Source: Octopus bimaculoides
Lineage: Eukaryota
Assembly (NCBI RefSeq): GCF_001194135.2
Contig: NC_068987.1
Coordinates: 34,180,393 to 34,244,277 of the forward strand
DNA length: 63,885 nucleotides
Reading direction: 5' to 3'
The notes beneath the pieces are model-generated. The model saw only the letters and a program-made list of their open reading frames with translations, had not been told where the DNA came from and did not search any database. A program made the translations under genes and the position numbers. This document shows, piece by piece, positions 49,626-60,394 of the stretch. How positions within the stretch are numbered: position 1 is the stretch's first letter; each line of letters starts with the position of its first letter.

Positions 49626-51978
49626 CGTGCACACACGCACGCACACACACACACACAGATATATATATACACACAAACCAAACATTATCTTGTATACATG
49701 CATGCTGATCCATTAATATAAGGCTGTCTTTTACAAATGTTTATCTACTTAAACCATCCTATATTTGAATGGTTGATAGCAGTGATTTCACTTAAAACCA
49801 TCATAGAAGAATGCAGTAGTATGTTTGTTTGTATAAACTGATAGCTTTTGGCTATTACGGGCTTCACTTTTGCAAAATATAACCTGTCGCTTAAATATAA
49901 GTCCTGAAAGTGAAAGCAAACATAAATATTTACAATTCCTGTACTGTCATTGCTATTCACAATACGTTTACCTACCAAATAGATTTTTGTTCGCTTATAC
50001 AATTTTATTTTTTCTTCATTTGTGTGTGTGTGTGTGTGTGTTTTTTGTGTGTTTACTTTTGTAATGAGTTCTGCTAGGAGCAATGATTGTCAATAGATTC
50101 GTTCTATATATTATGATTAAGTCTGACATGGCATACCCTAGTAAGAGTAGTTCATGTTTACTTACGAAGAGGAGTTTGTGAATTCGAAGCTCTCATTTAT
50201 TTGCTCTAATATAAACAGGAGGAAAAAGTTAGGTGCAACATATTAAAAAAAATAATAATAAAAAACAAACACTCATGAGAAAAATATATTCTATATTATA
50301 GAAATACTATTGAATGCTAGAAACCTTACATCAACGAAATATAAGTTGCAGAACATGATCTGGTACCTTATGTTCTATGTTCAAATGTCATTGAAATCAA
50401 GTATGAATTTCACAATTCAGGACCTGGTAAATGAAGCACTAATATAACAAAAAGGTCTGCATTTTTGTTATTGTAACAGTTTATCTCTTTTTACTGTCTC
50501 TTTCTTTATCACCTCTCTTTCTAACACACTCTGTTACTCTCTTTGATTATCTTTCTGGGAATTGCTCAATATAGCAGTATGATATGTGTGGGGAGGATCA
50601 TTTACAGTACCATTTTCTATAAAAATTTGATTACGATACTCTCATCGTTCACACTTCAAATCTAGTCAACAGAACAGAAAGGAAGAGAATGTGCCCAGTT
50701 AGTGCTGAAGTGCAGACGATATTTAATTAATAGTACGCAGTGTATGAAATGTTGCACGTATCGGAACAAAGTCTGCATTAGCATCAAATTACATAGATAC
50801 TACAAGAAAGAAAATGATTAGTCGAAGATAAAATTCATTTTATTTTATTTACGACTAGTCTTTTTTCTTCATCCATTCTTATTTTCGGGTTCCAAGATGG
50901 TGGTTTTGAATTGTAAGAACGCTGGAAGATAGGAGTTTTGTATATAGTTTTCAATTCCTTACATCCTCATATGAAATTTCGCCAAGGTACCCAGAGCTTT
51001 GCTAATTGGTTCAACACAGTCGAACCTATCCAACGAAGTATTAGCGTGGACAAATAAGCATACAGTAAGCTTATTATATTATACTGGCCCCGATCTTGTA
51101 TTATTATATTATACTGGCCACGATATTGCAAATATTAAGGATGATTTAATTGGAACGTACGATTTAGTTATGCATAAAGGTAAGCACATTTTGATCTATT
51201 AAAACAAAACTGCTTTCCAAAATTCCACTATTGCCCTTTGTTTCCAAGCAATGAGACCAGGAAAATAATTGAAACACTAGCAGAAGAGACATCACTCTGA
51301 AAACTTTCACTACGAATTCAGTTTGCATAAAGAACATATAATGAAAGACTAATTGCATTTTAGTTCCAAAATGAATACATATATTTTTGTATTGGGCATT
51401 AACAAATTACCGTCCGTTATCGCATCGTGTGTAAACATGGAGTATTGGGAAATGATATTGATAGTGCTAATGACTAATCGATCCCCATTTTCAACTTTCC
51501 ACAGCAGTAGCTTCAACGTTAACAAGCTAACGATATTTTAAGTATCTTATTCAGAGGAAAGAGGAGGGCCCATGACATTCTATTTCACCTTGAGTCTGTG
51601 TATAGATCGTAACGAAACTGGGAATTCCTCGCTAATATGTAGTACAGTTTCAACTGTCAAAGGTACCTGTAGTGTAAATACAGTTGTTTAAAGGTATGAT
51701 GGATTTAATCAGTCAGGTAAGAAACGAAAGACCACCTCAGTGAAATTTCAATGACAAATTTTACTTCAAAGGCCTTAGTTAAACTGGGGCTAGAGTACAA
51801 GACACTTGCTTAAGGTATCGCATTATCTGCAAAACTAAATACAAATTATCTGAGAACTGATAACTCAGCTACTAATTTCTCACCTTTCATTCGATCAATC
51901 TTATGACGCTTTCACATTACATCCACTTTGAGGAGGATATATAGATTGATACACATACACACACACGCACGCACGCGG

Positions 51979-52030
<52 letters not shown>

Positions 52031-52032
52031 GT

Positions 52033-52585
52033 TTTTAGTTTTCGTTCCGTTTGAAATTACTCTTCTCCCCGGTTTGGATTTTGACTGCCGTTTTGAGCAT
52101 GTACGGTGCCCTGTTAGGGTCACCACTTTTGCGTATAGATATGTACACTAATTTTTATGAAAAATATGTTGTTTATTGACTCTATTACGCATGTTGGCCA
52201 CTGGTAGAATATTTCTCAGAATTTTCTACCATAAATATGTTCATAGTAAAAGTTTAGAAGAACGTTGGTACGTAACTTTTATTTGCTGCCGATTGTAGCT
52301 GCGCTTGCGCGGTGGATTTGAAGAATTATATTGTATATAGATGGAACATGTATGTCTTCAGTGTTCCACAAATACACTTTAATTATTGCGCCCATGCTGA
52401 TGAGACACGAATGGCAACTTATTTTATTTGTTCATTGATGTCGAAACTCGAGTACATGTGGTAACTATTGAAATGATTTTATTTTTCGTTCCTATTGAAA
52501 TTACTCCTATTCTGGGTTTTAACTGCCCTTTTCAAGATGGCCCCTGTTAGTGTCATTTCTTTTGTGTATAGAAATCTACACTAAT
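52033..52585 (+). mobile_element. Partial tandem of a retrozyme/pLTR-like unit (family H3): direct repeats 52033-52152 and 52478-52585 around an HHR
   Basis: Shared TTTTCGTTCC..TTGAAATTACTC...CTGCC.TTTT...CCCTGTTAG.GTCA...TTTTG.GTATAGA.AT.TACACTAAT; period about 433-444 nt. Confidence 0.75.
52393..52458 (+). ncRNA. Intact minimal type I hammerhead ribozyme motif
   Basis: CATG-CTGATGA-GACA...TGTC-GAAA-CTCGAG-TA-CATG. All core nucleotides present, canonical G10.1-C11.1 pair, helix III is the palindrome ACTCGAGT; predicted cleavage after A52454. Confidence 0.85.
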
Positions 52586-52604
52586 ATACATACATATATA
52601 TATA

Positions 52605-52946
52605 TATACAAGAATAAGGGCAGATAATCGTCAATTAATAATAGAATTAATAACTAACAATTCTGCCAAGTAGTTCAGTATGAAAAAAACCTTTATCGGT
52701 AAGACTATTTATCATTATAAATATACAGGGATTAGCAATTGAGTTGCTTCTCCAACATACTGAAAATTTAGAAGTAGCAGTCAAAGAACTACTGATTCCA
52801 AACTACAAATTTTCTCTAAAGTGGATGGCGATATTTATGGCACACATAGAACAAAAAACCGGAGGGAAAAGCGTAAACAAGCCAAGCTTTTAGTTAATTG
52901 GATACGAATCGTTTCATGGTTAAGTGAATAGAAATTTCACTATTCC
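52605..52946 (-). mobile_element. Repeat related to H3, truncated by a gap, ending in the 3' half of a hammerhead
   Basis: Minus strand GAATAG-TGAAATTT-CTATTC hairpin, then GAAA-CGATTCG-TA-TCCA; downstream TTCTTTGACTGCTACTTCTA resembles H3 TTTTGCTGCTATTTCTA. Confidence 0.5.
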
Positions 52947-53644
52947 NNNNNNNNNNNNNNNNNNNNNNNNNNNNNNNNNNNNNNNNNNNNNNNNNNNNNN
53001 NNNNNNNNNNNNNNNNNNNNNNNNNNNNNNNNNNNNNNNNNNNNNNNNNNNNNNNNNNNNNNNNNNNNNNNNNNNNNNNNNNNNNNNNNNNNNNNNNNNN
53101 NNNNNNNNNNNNNNNNNNNNNNNNNNNNNNNNNNNNNNNNNNNNNNNNNNNNNNNNNNNNNNNNNNNNNNNNNNNNNNNNNNNNNNNNNNNNNNNNNNNN
53201 NNNNNNNNNNNNNNNNNNNNNNNNNNNNNNNNNNNNNNNNNNNNNNNNNNNNNNNNNNNNNNNNNNNNNNNNNNNNNNNNNNNNNNNNNNNNNNNNNNNN
53301 NNNNNNNNNNNNNNNNNNNNNNNNNNNNNNNNNNNNNNNNNNNNNNNNNNNNNNNNNNNNNNNNNNNNNNNNNNNNNNNNNNNNNNNNNNNNNNNNNNNN
53401 NNNNNNNNNNNNNNNNNNNNNNNNNNNNNNNNNNNNNNNNNNNNNNNNNNNNNNNNNNNNNNNNNNNNNNNNNNNNNNNNNNNNNNNNNNNNNNNNNNNN
53501 NNNNNNNNNNNNNNNNNNNNNNNNNNNNNNNNNNNNNNNNNNNNNNNNNNNNNNNNNNNNNNNNNNNNNNNNNNNNNNNNNNNNNNNNNNNNNNNNNNNN
53601 NNNNNNTATATATATATATTTATATATATATATGCATATATATA

Positions 53645-54533
53645 TCGGGTCATCCCATAAATAATGTATTTTCTGTATACTTCTATTATTTTTGAAAATG
53701 AAAATAAGCACAGTTGTTTTAATTTCAAATATACTTTCCTTCATTTTCCTCAATGCTTTTCCATCTATCTAGTAGACTTGCAAGGCCCCTCTTCCAAAAT
53801 TCACTTGTACGTGACGAAAATTACGCCTCCAGTACTGTTCTGACTTCGTCTACAGAATTTATATTTCCCCGTCCAAATGTTTTTGAATACTGCGGAATAA
53901 ATAATAATCAGATGGAGCAATGTTCGGTGCATATGGTAGGTAGGGCATCGTTTGCCATTGAAACTGCTCCAGCCTTTGGAATGTCATCCTGGCTGTATGT
54001 GGCCAAGCATTATTCTGATGGTAGAACCACTTTCGTCTTGCAACCAAAGATTATGGATTTTCTTCCAGTGTAGGTGCGATGAATGGTTAAATGACCAAAT
54101 CGAAGCTTCGCTGCTAGCTCATCAACAGTTACAATGGGATTTCTTCCATCACGGTTTGCAACGCGTCTTTTCCGAGGTCTAGAGATCTTCCAGGACGTGG
54201 ATCGTGTTCTAGTCTATAGTTTCCGGCTCAAAATTTCTGGACCCACCGTTGACACTGGCTTACTCTTATTGTCCGATCCCCATATACTGCATTAATATAC
54301 CTCGCACTTTCCGTTGCGTTGATGCCTCTATTCAACTCATAAAGCAAAATATGTCGAATATGCTCCTTTGTCATTTCCATTATAGCTTGCTTTGCATAAA
54401 TAACTGTTTAAATCGAACTGCACACTACAGAGCTTGCACTGAGTATAAGTAAAAGGTAAAATTATAGCAAATTGATGCAGGTAGTTTATCCAGTCCCGCT
54501 CCGAATTTTAGTTCTTACAATTCAATAAACCGC

Positions 54534-54538
<5 letters not shown>
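53645..54538 (-). mobile_element. Mariner, same family as 40686-41917, internally deleted
   Basis: Same TIR (GGGTCATCCCATAAATAATG); ORF 53859-54047 HQNNAWPHTARM...PYAPNIAPSDYYLFRSIQKHL; lacks about 360 bp present in the other copy. Confidence 0.9.
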
Positions 54539-54564
<26 letters not shown>

Positions 54565-56499
54565 NNNNNNNNNNNNNNNNNNNNNNNNNNNNNNNNNNNN
54601 NNNNNNNNNNNNNNNNNNNNNNNNNNNNNNNNNNNNNNNNNNNNNNNNNNNNNNNNNNNNNNNNNNNNNNNNNNNNNNNNNNNNNNNNNNNNNNNNNNNN
54701 NNNNNNNNNNNNNNNNNNNNNNNNNNNNNNNNNNNNNNNNNNNNNNNNNNNNNNNNNNNNNNNNNNNNNNNNNNNNNNNNNNNNNNNNNNNNNNNNNNNN
54801 NNNNNNNNNNNNNNNNNNNNNNNNNNNNNNNNNNNNNNNNNNNNNNNNNNNNNNNNNNNNNNNNNNNNNNNNNNNNNNNNNNNNNNNNNNNNNNNNNNNN
54901 NNNNNNNNNNNNNNNNNNNNNNNNNNNNNNNNNNNNNNNNNNNNNNNNNNNNNNNNNNNNNNNNNNNNNNNNNNNNNNNNNNNNNNNNNNNNNNNNNNNN
55001 NNNNNNNNNNNNNNNNNNNNNNNNNNNNNNNNNNNNNNNNNNNNNNNNNNNNNNNNNNNNNNNNNNNNNNNNNNNNNNNNNNNNNNNNNNNNNNNNNNNN
55101 NNNNNNNNNNNNNNNNNNNNNNNNNNNNNNNNNNNNNNNNNNNNNNNNNNNNNNNNNNNNNNNNNNNNNNNNNNNNNNNNNNNNNNNNNNNNNNNNNNNN
55201 NNNNNNNNNNNNNNNNNNNNNNNNNNNNNNNNNNNNNNNNNNNNNNNNNNNNNNNNNNNNNNNNNNNNNNNNNNNNNNNNNNNNNNNNNNNNNNNNNNNN
55301 NNNNNNNNNNNNNNNNNNNNNNNNNNNNNNNNNNNNNNNNNNNNNNNNNNNNNNNNNNNNNNNNNNNNNNNNNNNNNNNNNNNNNNNNNNNNNNNNNNTA
55401 TATATATATATATATTTCGCAGCTACAGTCATGTCGCCTCATTGAAGAGCTTCTGTGAAAGACAATGTACATCACTGACTGATCCGCAGTCTCCAACAGA
55501 GTGAGGTCCACGAGAACCAGACATGGTCAATAGTGCGAATTACCTATCCGTGGAAGGTATATTCAAAATTATCTAATCGTTGCTTAGTAGAGACATTTTG
55601 TATTCTATTGTGTGGTGATAAATTTCTAAATCTTTCAAATGCGTAACCATAACCTCAATTCTCGTATTTGGAATTTGAAAGAAGAAACTTTCGATAACCA
55701 GCGTTACGTTATCTATTTATTTCTCTTTAATCATTTTGATGTGCCTCTCTATAGCGTAATATGATAATATCTAGTATAACATACCATCTTATGTGTTCCA
55801 GTGGATACATGTACCTTGTAGCTCTAGTTGTTATTATTTATTTTATGGTTATAAATTTCTGGTATATGTATACATTACTGAATATAGAACGAATAGGGTG
55901 TATATGTCACTATTATTGTGGGTGAATGGTTAAGTCCTTATCTGTTAAGTATGTATGTCTATACTAACAAACCTTATCATTTAACCCTACAATCTATTTC
56001 AGTTTCTAAATGAATTAATAAAGATTATTAATGTTTGTGAATGTAGTTTTCATATGGCTGTTCGTATGAAATTAAGCCTATAAATCAACCATTTTAAAAC
56101 GGTTGACGTAAATCCATGGACGTGGTCTACATTCTTTAAATTGGTTGGCGTAAATTTAAGCTGCCTGATTTCTGTGCTTGCTTTGCGATTTGCATCAGTT
56201 AATATAAATATACACCGTTATCTGAGCTAGCACCAGCCTACCTAAACTTACGCTAACTGATATGCTGATAAAATGTTTTATCTAAATATTTATGGCCCAA
56301 AATGTTGGTAAGATGTTTACACTCGGATGTAAGCTTTTGTTACTAGATAAGCTGCGGTTTATGTACCGATACCACATAACTATTATGGCTTCCAGTCAAA
56401 TCAAAATCAATCTGTGTTCTTTAGCAAATATAGCTGAATCTTTCAGTCCCGCTCGTAATTAATGGTCACGTTCTGGTCCTGCAACGAATTTATGGTCCT

Positions 56500-56720
56500 T
56501 CTCTACCACTCCGGCTTCGACATCACGTCGGATCATTCCAGCTTCGTTGTGTCCTACAACTCTGATTCCGTCAACTTCGTTGCATCTTTCCATTGTAGCT
56601 CCATCAGTCGCATCGCGTCCCACCACTCCGATTCTGTCAGCATTGTCGCCTCCTAACACTCCGGTTCACTCAGCTTCATCGCCTAGCCAATTCCGTCATC
56701 GCGCCTAGCTGCACCTTCGC
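56500..56720. repeat. Degenerate GC-rich minisatellite, unit about 33 bp
   Basis: Recurrent (C/T)AC(C/A)ACTC(C/T)G(A/G)TTC.GTCA(G/A)C.T.GT.GC.TCC units. Confidence 0.6.
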
Positions 56721-56808
56721 GCAGTTCACGGATATTGCGTTCAGCTCTACCGATGTACTTCCGTCTATATCGGTTCGGGCGATGAGTCTGCGAGTGAGTA
56801 TTTGGCTG

Positions 56809-56889
<81 letters not shown>

Positions 56890-56892
56890 ATA

Positions 56893-56957
<65 letters not shown>

Positions 56958-58150
56958 TAATAATGATAATAATAATAATAAATTACTATTATATAGTAAA
57001 CATCTTCACTGGTTGATTCTTGCTGTTGGTATCATATATTGTATCACAAAATATCATTGAAGGCTTCATTGATTCGCATTTTCAAACATATTAGATAAGT
57101 ACGTGCTCGTAACAATATATACATCCATGCATATATACACACACATATATATGTGTGCGTATGTGTGTGTATATATATGTAAATATATGTATACATGTAC
57201 ATATACATATAAATAAATATACATATATATATATATATANNNNNNNNNNNNNNNNNNNNNNNNNNNNNNNNNNNNNNNNNNNNNNNNNNNNNNNNNNNNN
57301 NNNNNNNNNNNNNNNNNNNNNNNNNNNNNNNNNNNNNNNNNNNNNNNNNNNNNNNNNNNNNNNNNNNNNNNNNNNNNNNNNNNNNNNNNNNNNNNNNNNN
57401 NNNNNNNNNNNNNNNNNNNNNNNNNNNNNNNNNNNNNNNNNNNNNNNNNNNNNNNNNNNNNNNNNNNNNNNNNNNNNNNNNNNNNNNNNNNNNNNNNNNN
57501 NNNNNNNNNNNNNNNNNNNNNNNNNNNNNNNNNNNNNNNNNNNNNNNNNNNNNNNNNNNNNNNNNNNNNNNNNNNNNNNNNNNNNNNNNNNNNNNNNNNN
57601 NNNNNNNNNNNNNNNNNNNNNNNNNNNNNNNNNNNNNNNNNNNNNNNNNNNNNNNNNNNNNNNNNNNNNNNNNNNNNNNNNNNNNNNNNNNNNNNNNNNN
57701 NNNNNNNNNNNNNNNNNNNNNNNNNNNNNNNNNNNNNNNNNNNNNNNNNNNNNNNNNNNNNNNNNNNNNNNNNNNNNNNNNNNNNNNNNNNNNNNNNNNN
57801 NNNNNNNNNNNNNNNNNNNNNNNNNNNNNNNNNNNNNNNNNNNNNNNNNNNNNNNNNNNNNNNNNNNNNNNNNNNNNNNNNNNNNNNNNNNNNNNNNNNN
57901 NNNNNNNNNNNNNNNNNNNNNNNNNNNNNNNNNNNNNNNNNNNNNNNNNNNNNNNNNNNNNNNNNNNNNNNNNNNNNNNNNNNNNNNNNNNNNNNNNNNN
58001 NNNNNNNNNNNNNNNNNNNNNNNNNNNNNNNNNNNNNNNNNNNNNNNNNNNNNNNNNNNNNNNNNNNNNNNNNNNNNNNNNNNNTGTAAATATATGTATA
58101 CATGTACATATACATATAAATAAATATACATATATATATATATATATATA

Positions 58151-59044
58151 CAGCACACGATGGGTAAGATGTCGTAAGTTAATTACGTAATGTAATTACG
58201 CTAAAGGAAAATAACAAAGGCATCTCATTTTAACAGATATATTTACCAAAATTACATATAAACATCTTGAAATACTACAGAGTAAATTCATTGAATGAAA
58301 ACACCATTGGCATCAACTGAGGCTTCCAGATGACTTCGTAATCTCCTGCAACTCTATTGGACGATCTCCTTGTTTACGTTTGTGAATGCTGCGGTAACCC
58401 TTGCCTTCGGTTCATCTTTAGTGATACAAAGAGTTTAGTTGGTCTCTCGCTCCACACCTAATAATCAAGGAGGTTGCAGCCTGGTGCGTTACATGGTCGG
58501 ATGTTATGGGTGATGTGATTGCAGAAATTGCCTGACCGCCATGACTGGGTTCTCTTGCTTGTGTGACATGGTGCAGAGTCCTGTTGCGAGACATAGGGTC
58601 TTCCAGCAGCCACCCTCTTCACCCAGGGCAGCACTATCTCCTCAAGGCACTTGATATAAGCCTCCGTATTGAGACTGAGGCTGTGTGGGAAGATGAATGT
58701 AGGCATAACATCGCAATCACTAGTGATAACTCCAAACAATATGATATTGACTGGATGTTTGATTCTTATCACTCTCGGTATATATCCCCATATTTCACTG
58801 TTTTCAGATTCACACCCAAGCACCCTGAAATGTTCGCATTGGAGCTTTTGGCGCGAATACCAAGCAGTACAGCATGTCGTTTCCAAATTTATGGCAGAGT
58901 GAATTGGATCATGGCATTGTTATTTTCTCATAAGTGACGCCAAACTGACTCTACTATACTGTGTAGTCGACAAAAAAAGAATCAAGCAAGTACACGCGCA
59001 AGATTAAAAATATAAATTGGCAATAGTTTACCCATCGCACCCTG
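58151..59044 (-). mobile_element. Tc1/mariner-superfamily (maT/DD37D-like) transposon, deleted
   Basis: ORF 58458-58886 KHPVNIILFGVITSDCDVMPTFIF...YVSQQDSAPCHTS...NAPGCNLLDY; imperfect TIRs CAGCACACGATGGGTAA / TTACCCATCGCACCTG. Confidence 0.85.
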
Positions 59045-59049
59045 CATTT

Positions 59050-59108
59050 TACACTTTTACTCTTTTACTCTTTTCAGCCATGCGGCTGTGGTCATGCTGC
59101 GGCACCAC
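59050..59108 (-). mobile_element. SINE-F1 3' tail
   Basis: TTTTACTCTTTTACTCTTTTCAG...GCTGTGGTCATGCTGCGGCACC is the reverse complement of the tail at 75-130. Confidence 0.6.
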
Positions 59109-59109
59109 T

Positions 59110-60175
59110 GTGGTTTTGCTGATTTCCATACGCTGAGGAGTTTCAAACCAACACTCCTCACAGTTGATGGCCAAATTTGTATAAGGGAGTATGATTCTGC
59201 TTCCCTTGTCTATACTTTATGTCAGGCCCTTGGTTCATCCGGTATTGGGGACAGGAGGATGTGTAGTTCCTTTTTGAAGACAACTACTTCCACTTTATGC
59301 AGATTATAAAGCTTTTCCGGCAGAGTATTGAAGAGCTTGAGCCTTTGAACCACAGGCTATTGCAGTAACTGGTCCTGAATTTAGATGGAGTGGATGGTAC
59401 CTCTGGTACAATACAATGGCTTCTAACTCTGGCATTTGTATTGCACTCAATGCTGAAGTTAGGTACCAGCCCTTCTAGAGATTTTCATATGTAGATTATT
59501 ACATATCTGTCGCAACTTAGCACCAGGGAGTAAAGTTGCAGTTTTTTCAGCCCCTCCCTATAGCGCACCCGCTGCAGTTTCAATATTTTTAAGGTAATGG
59601 TGTTGCACTGCTTCAAGCTCCGCTGCTATTTTGACACTATGTGGTGACCATAACTGGGAGTAGTAGTCCAGGTGGCTGAGAATAAAAGTTCTCCATATAT
59701 TCTATATAGTTTCTTAGTATCTTCTCTAGAAAGACCTTAGTATCCACCGTAACAGATATTTGAACTTTACTGCCATCTTGGTAATGTTCATATGAAACGA
59801 TGCATTATTCACTGCCTGTAAATCTGAGTTTGTAGTGCCTTGTGGTCCTCTGTCTGCAGACTGCAGTACATTCGTTAATTGATAGTGCAGTGCTTGAAAT
59901 GTTCCAGCATTAAACTGTACGTTGCTTACTTCAGCGCACTTGTATACTGCATTCAGTTCACTGTGTAAGCATGCGACGTTATCTTGATATCTTATTGTCT
60001 GTTATCTGCGTAGCATTTGACACTGGCTGCCCGAGTGACCATGGGTATGAATACGGTGGCTATTATAAGCAGTCACGGCCCCAGAACTGTTCCCTGGGGA
60101 GCACCATTATCTGATTTGACTTTCCTCGGAAAGGGCAACATTGGCTACAACTACCAGACTTCTGTCTTTAAGGAA
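59110..60175 (-). mobile_element. CR1-clade LINE RT 3' relic
   Basis: Minus strand SGAPQGTVLGP...CYADN; WRTFILSHLDYYSQLWSPHSVKIAAELEAVQ; KILEGLVPNF. Confidence 0.82.
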
Positions 60176-60394
60176 GTCATACAGCCATATACATACATAC
60201 AAACGTCCATGCATACATACATACATAATACATACATACATACATACATACATACATACTTACATAATGGGTGCTAACTCGTTATCGAGTATGGCCATTG
60301 CACGTGGCTTAACTTCTAACGGTGCTGTGATCAAATGTGACTTTTTAGCCCATCTAAAGATCTACAATGTCTCGTACATAATTTTCATCTAAAA

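Larger units (their letters stand above)
1447..58150. repeat. Numerous microsatellites [(TA)n, (CA)n, (GA)n, (AAT)n, (CAT)n] and about 15 N gaps that they flank
   Basis: Directly visible, e.g. (AAT/ATT)n at 9880-10069, 10525-10650, 23487-23612, 46776-46846 and 56810-56985; (CAT)n at 20899-20946. Nearly every N run starts or ends in a simple repeat. Confidence 0.97.

Noticed and set aside
51071-51128. 31-bp local duplication
   Set aside because: Ordinary slippage duplication with no further structure.
57179-58150. Direct repeat flanking the gap (57179-57239 and 58086-58150)
   Set aside because: Identical low-complexity sequence on both sides of an N run is most likely a contig overlap artefact.
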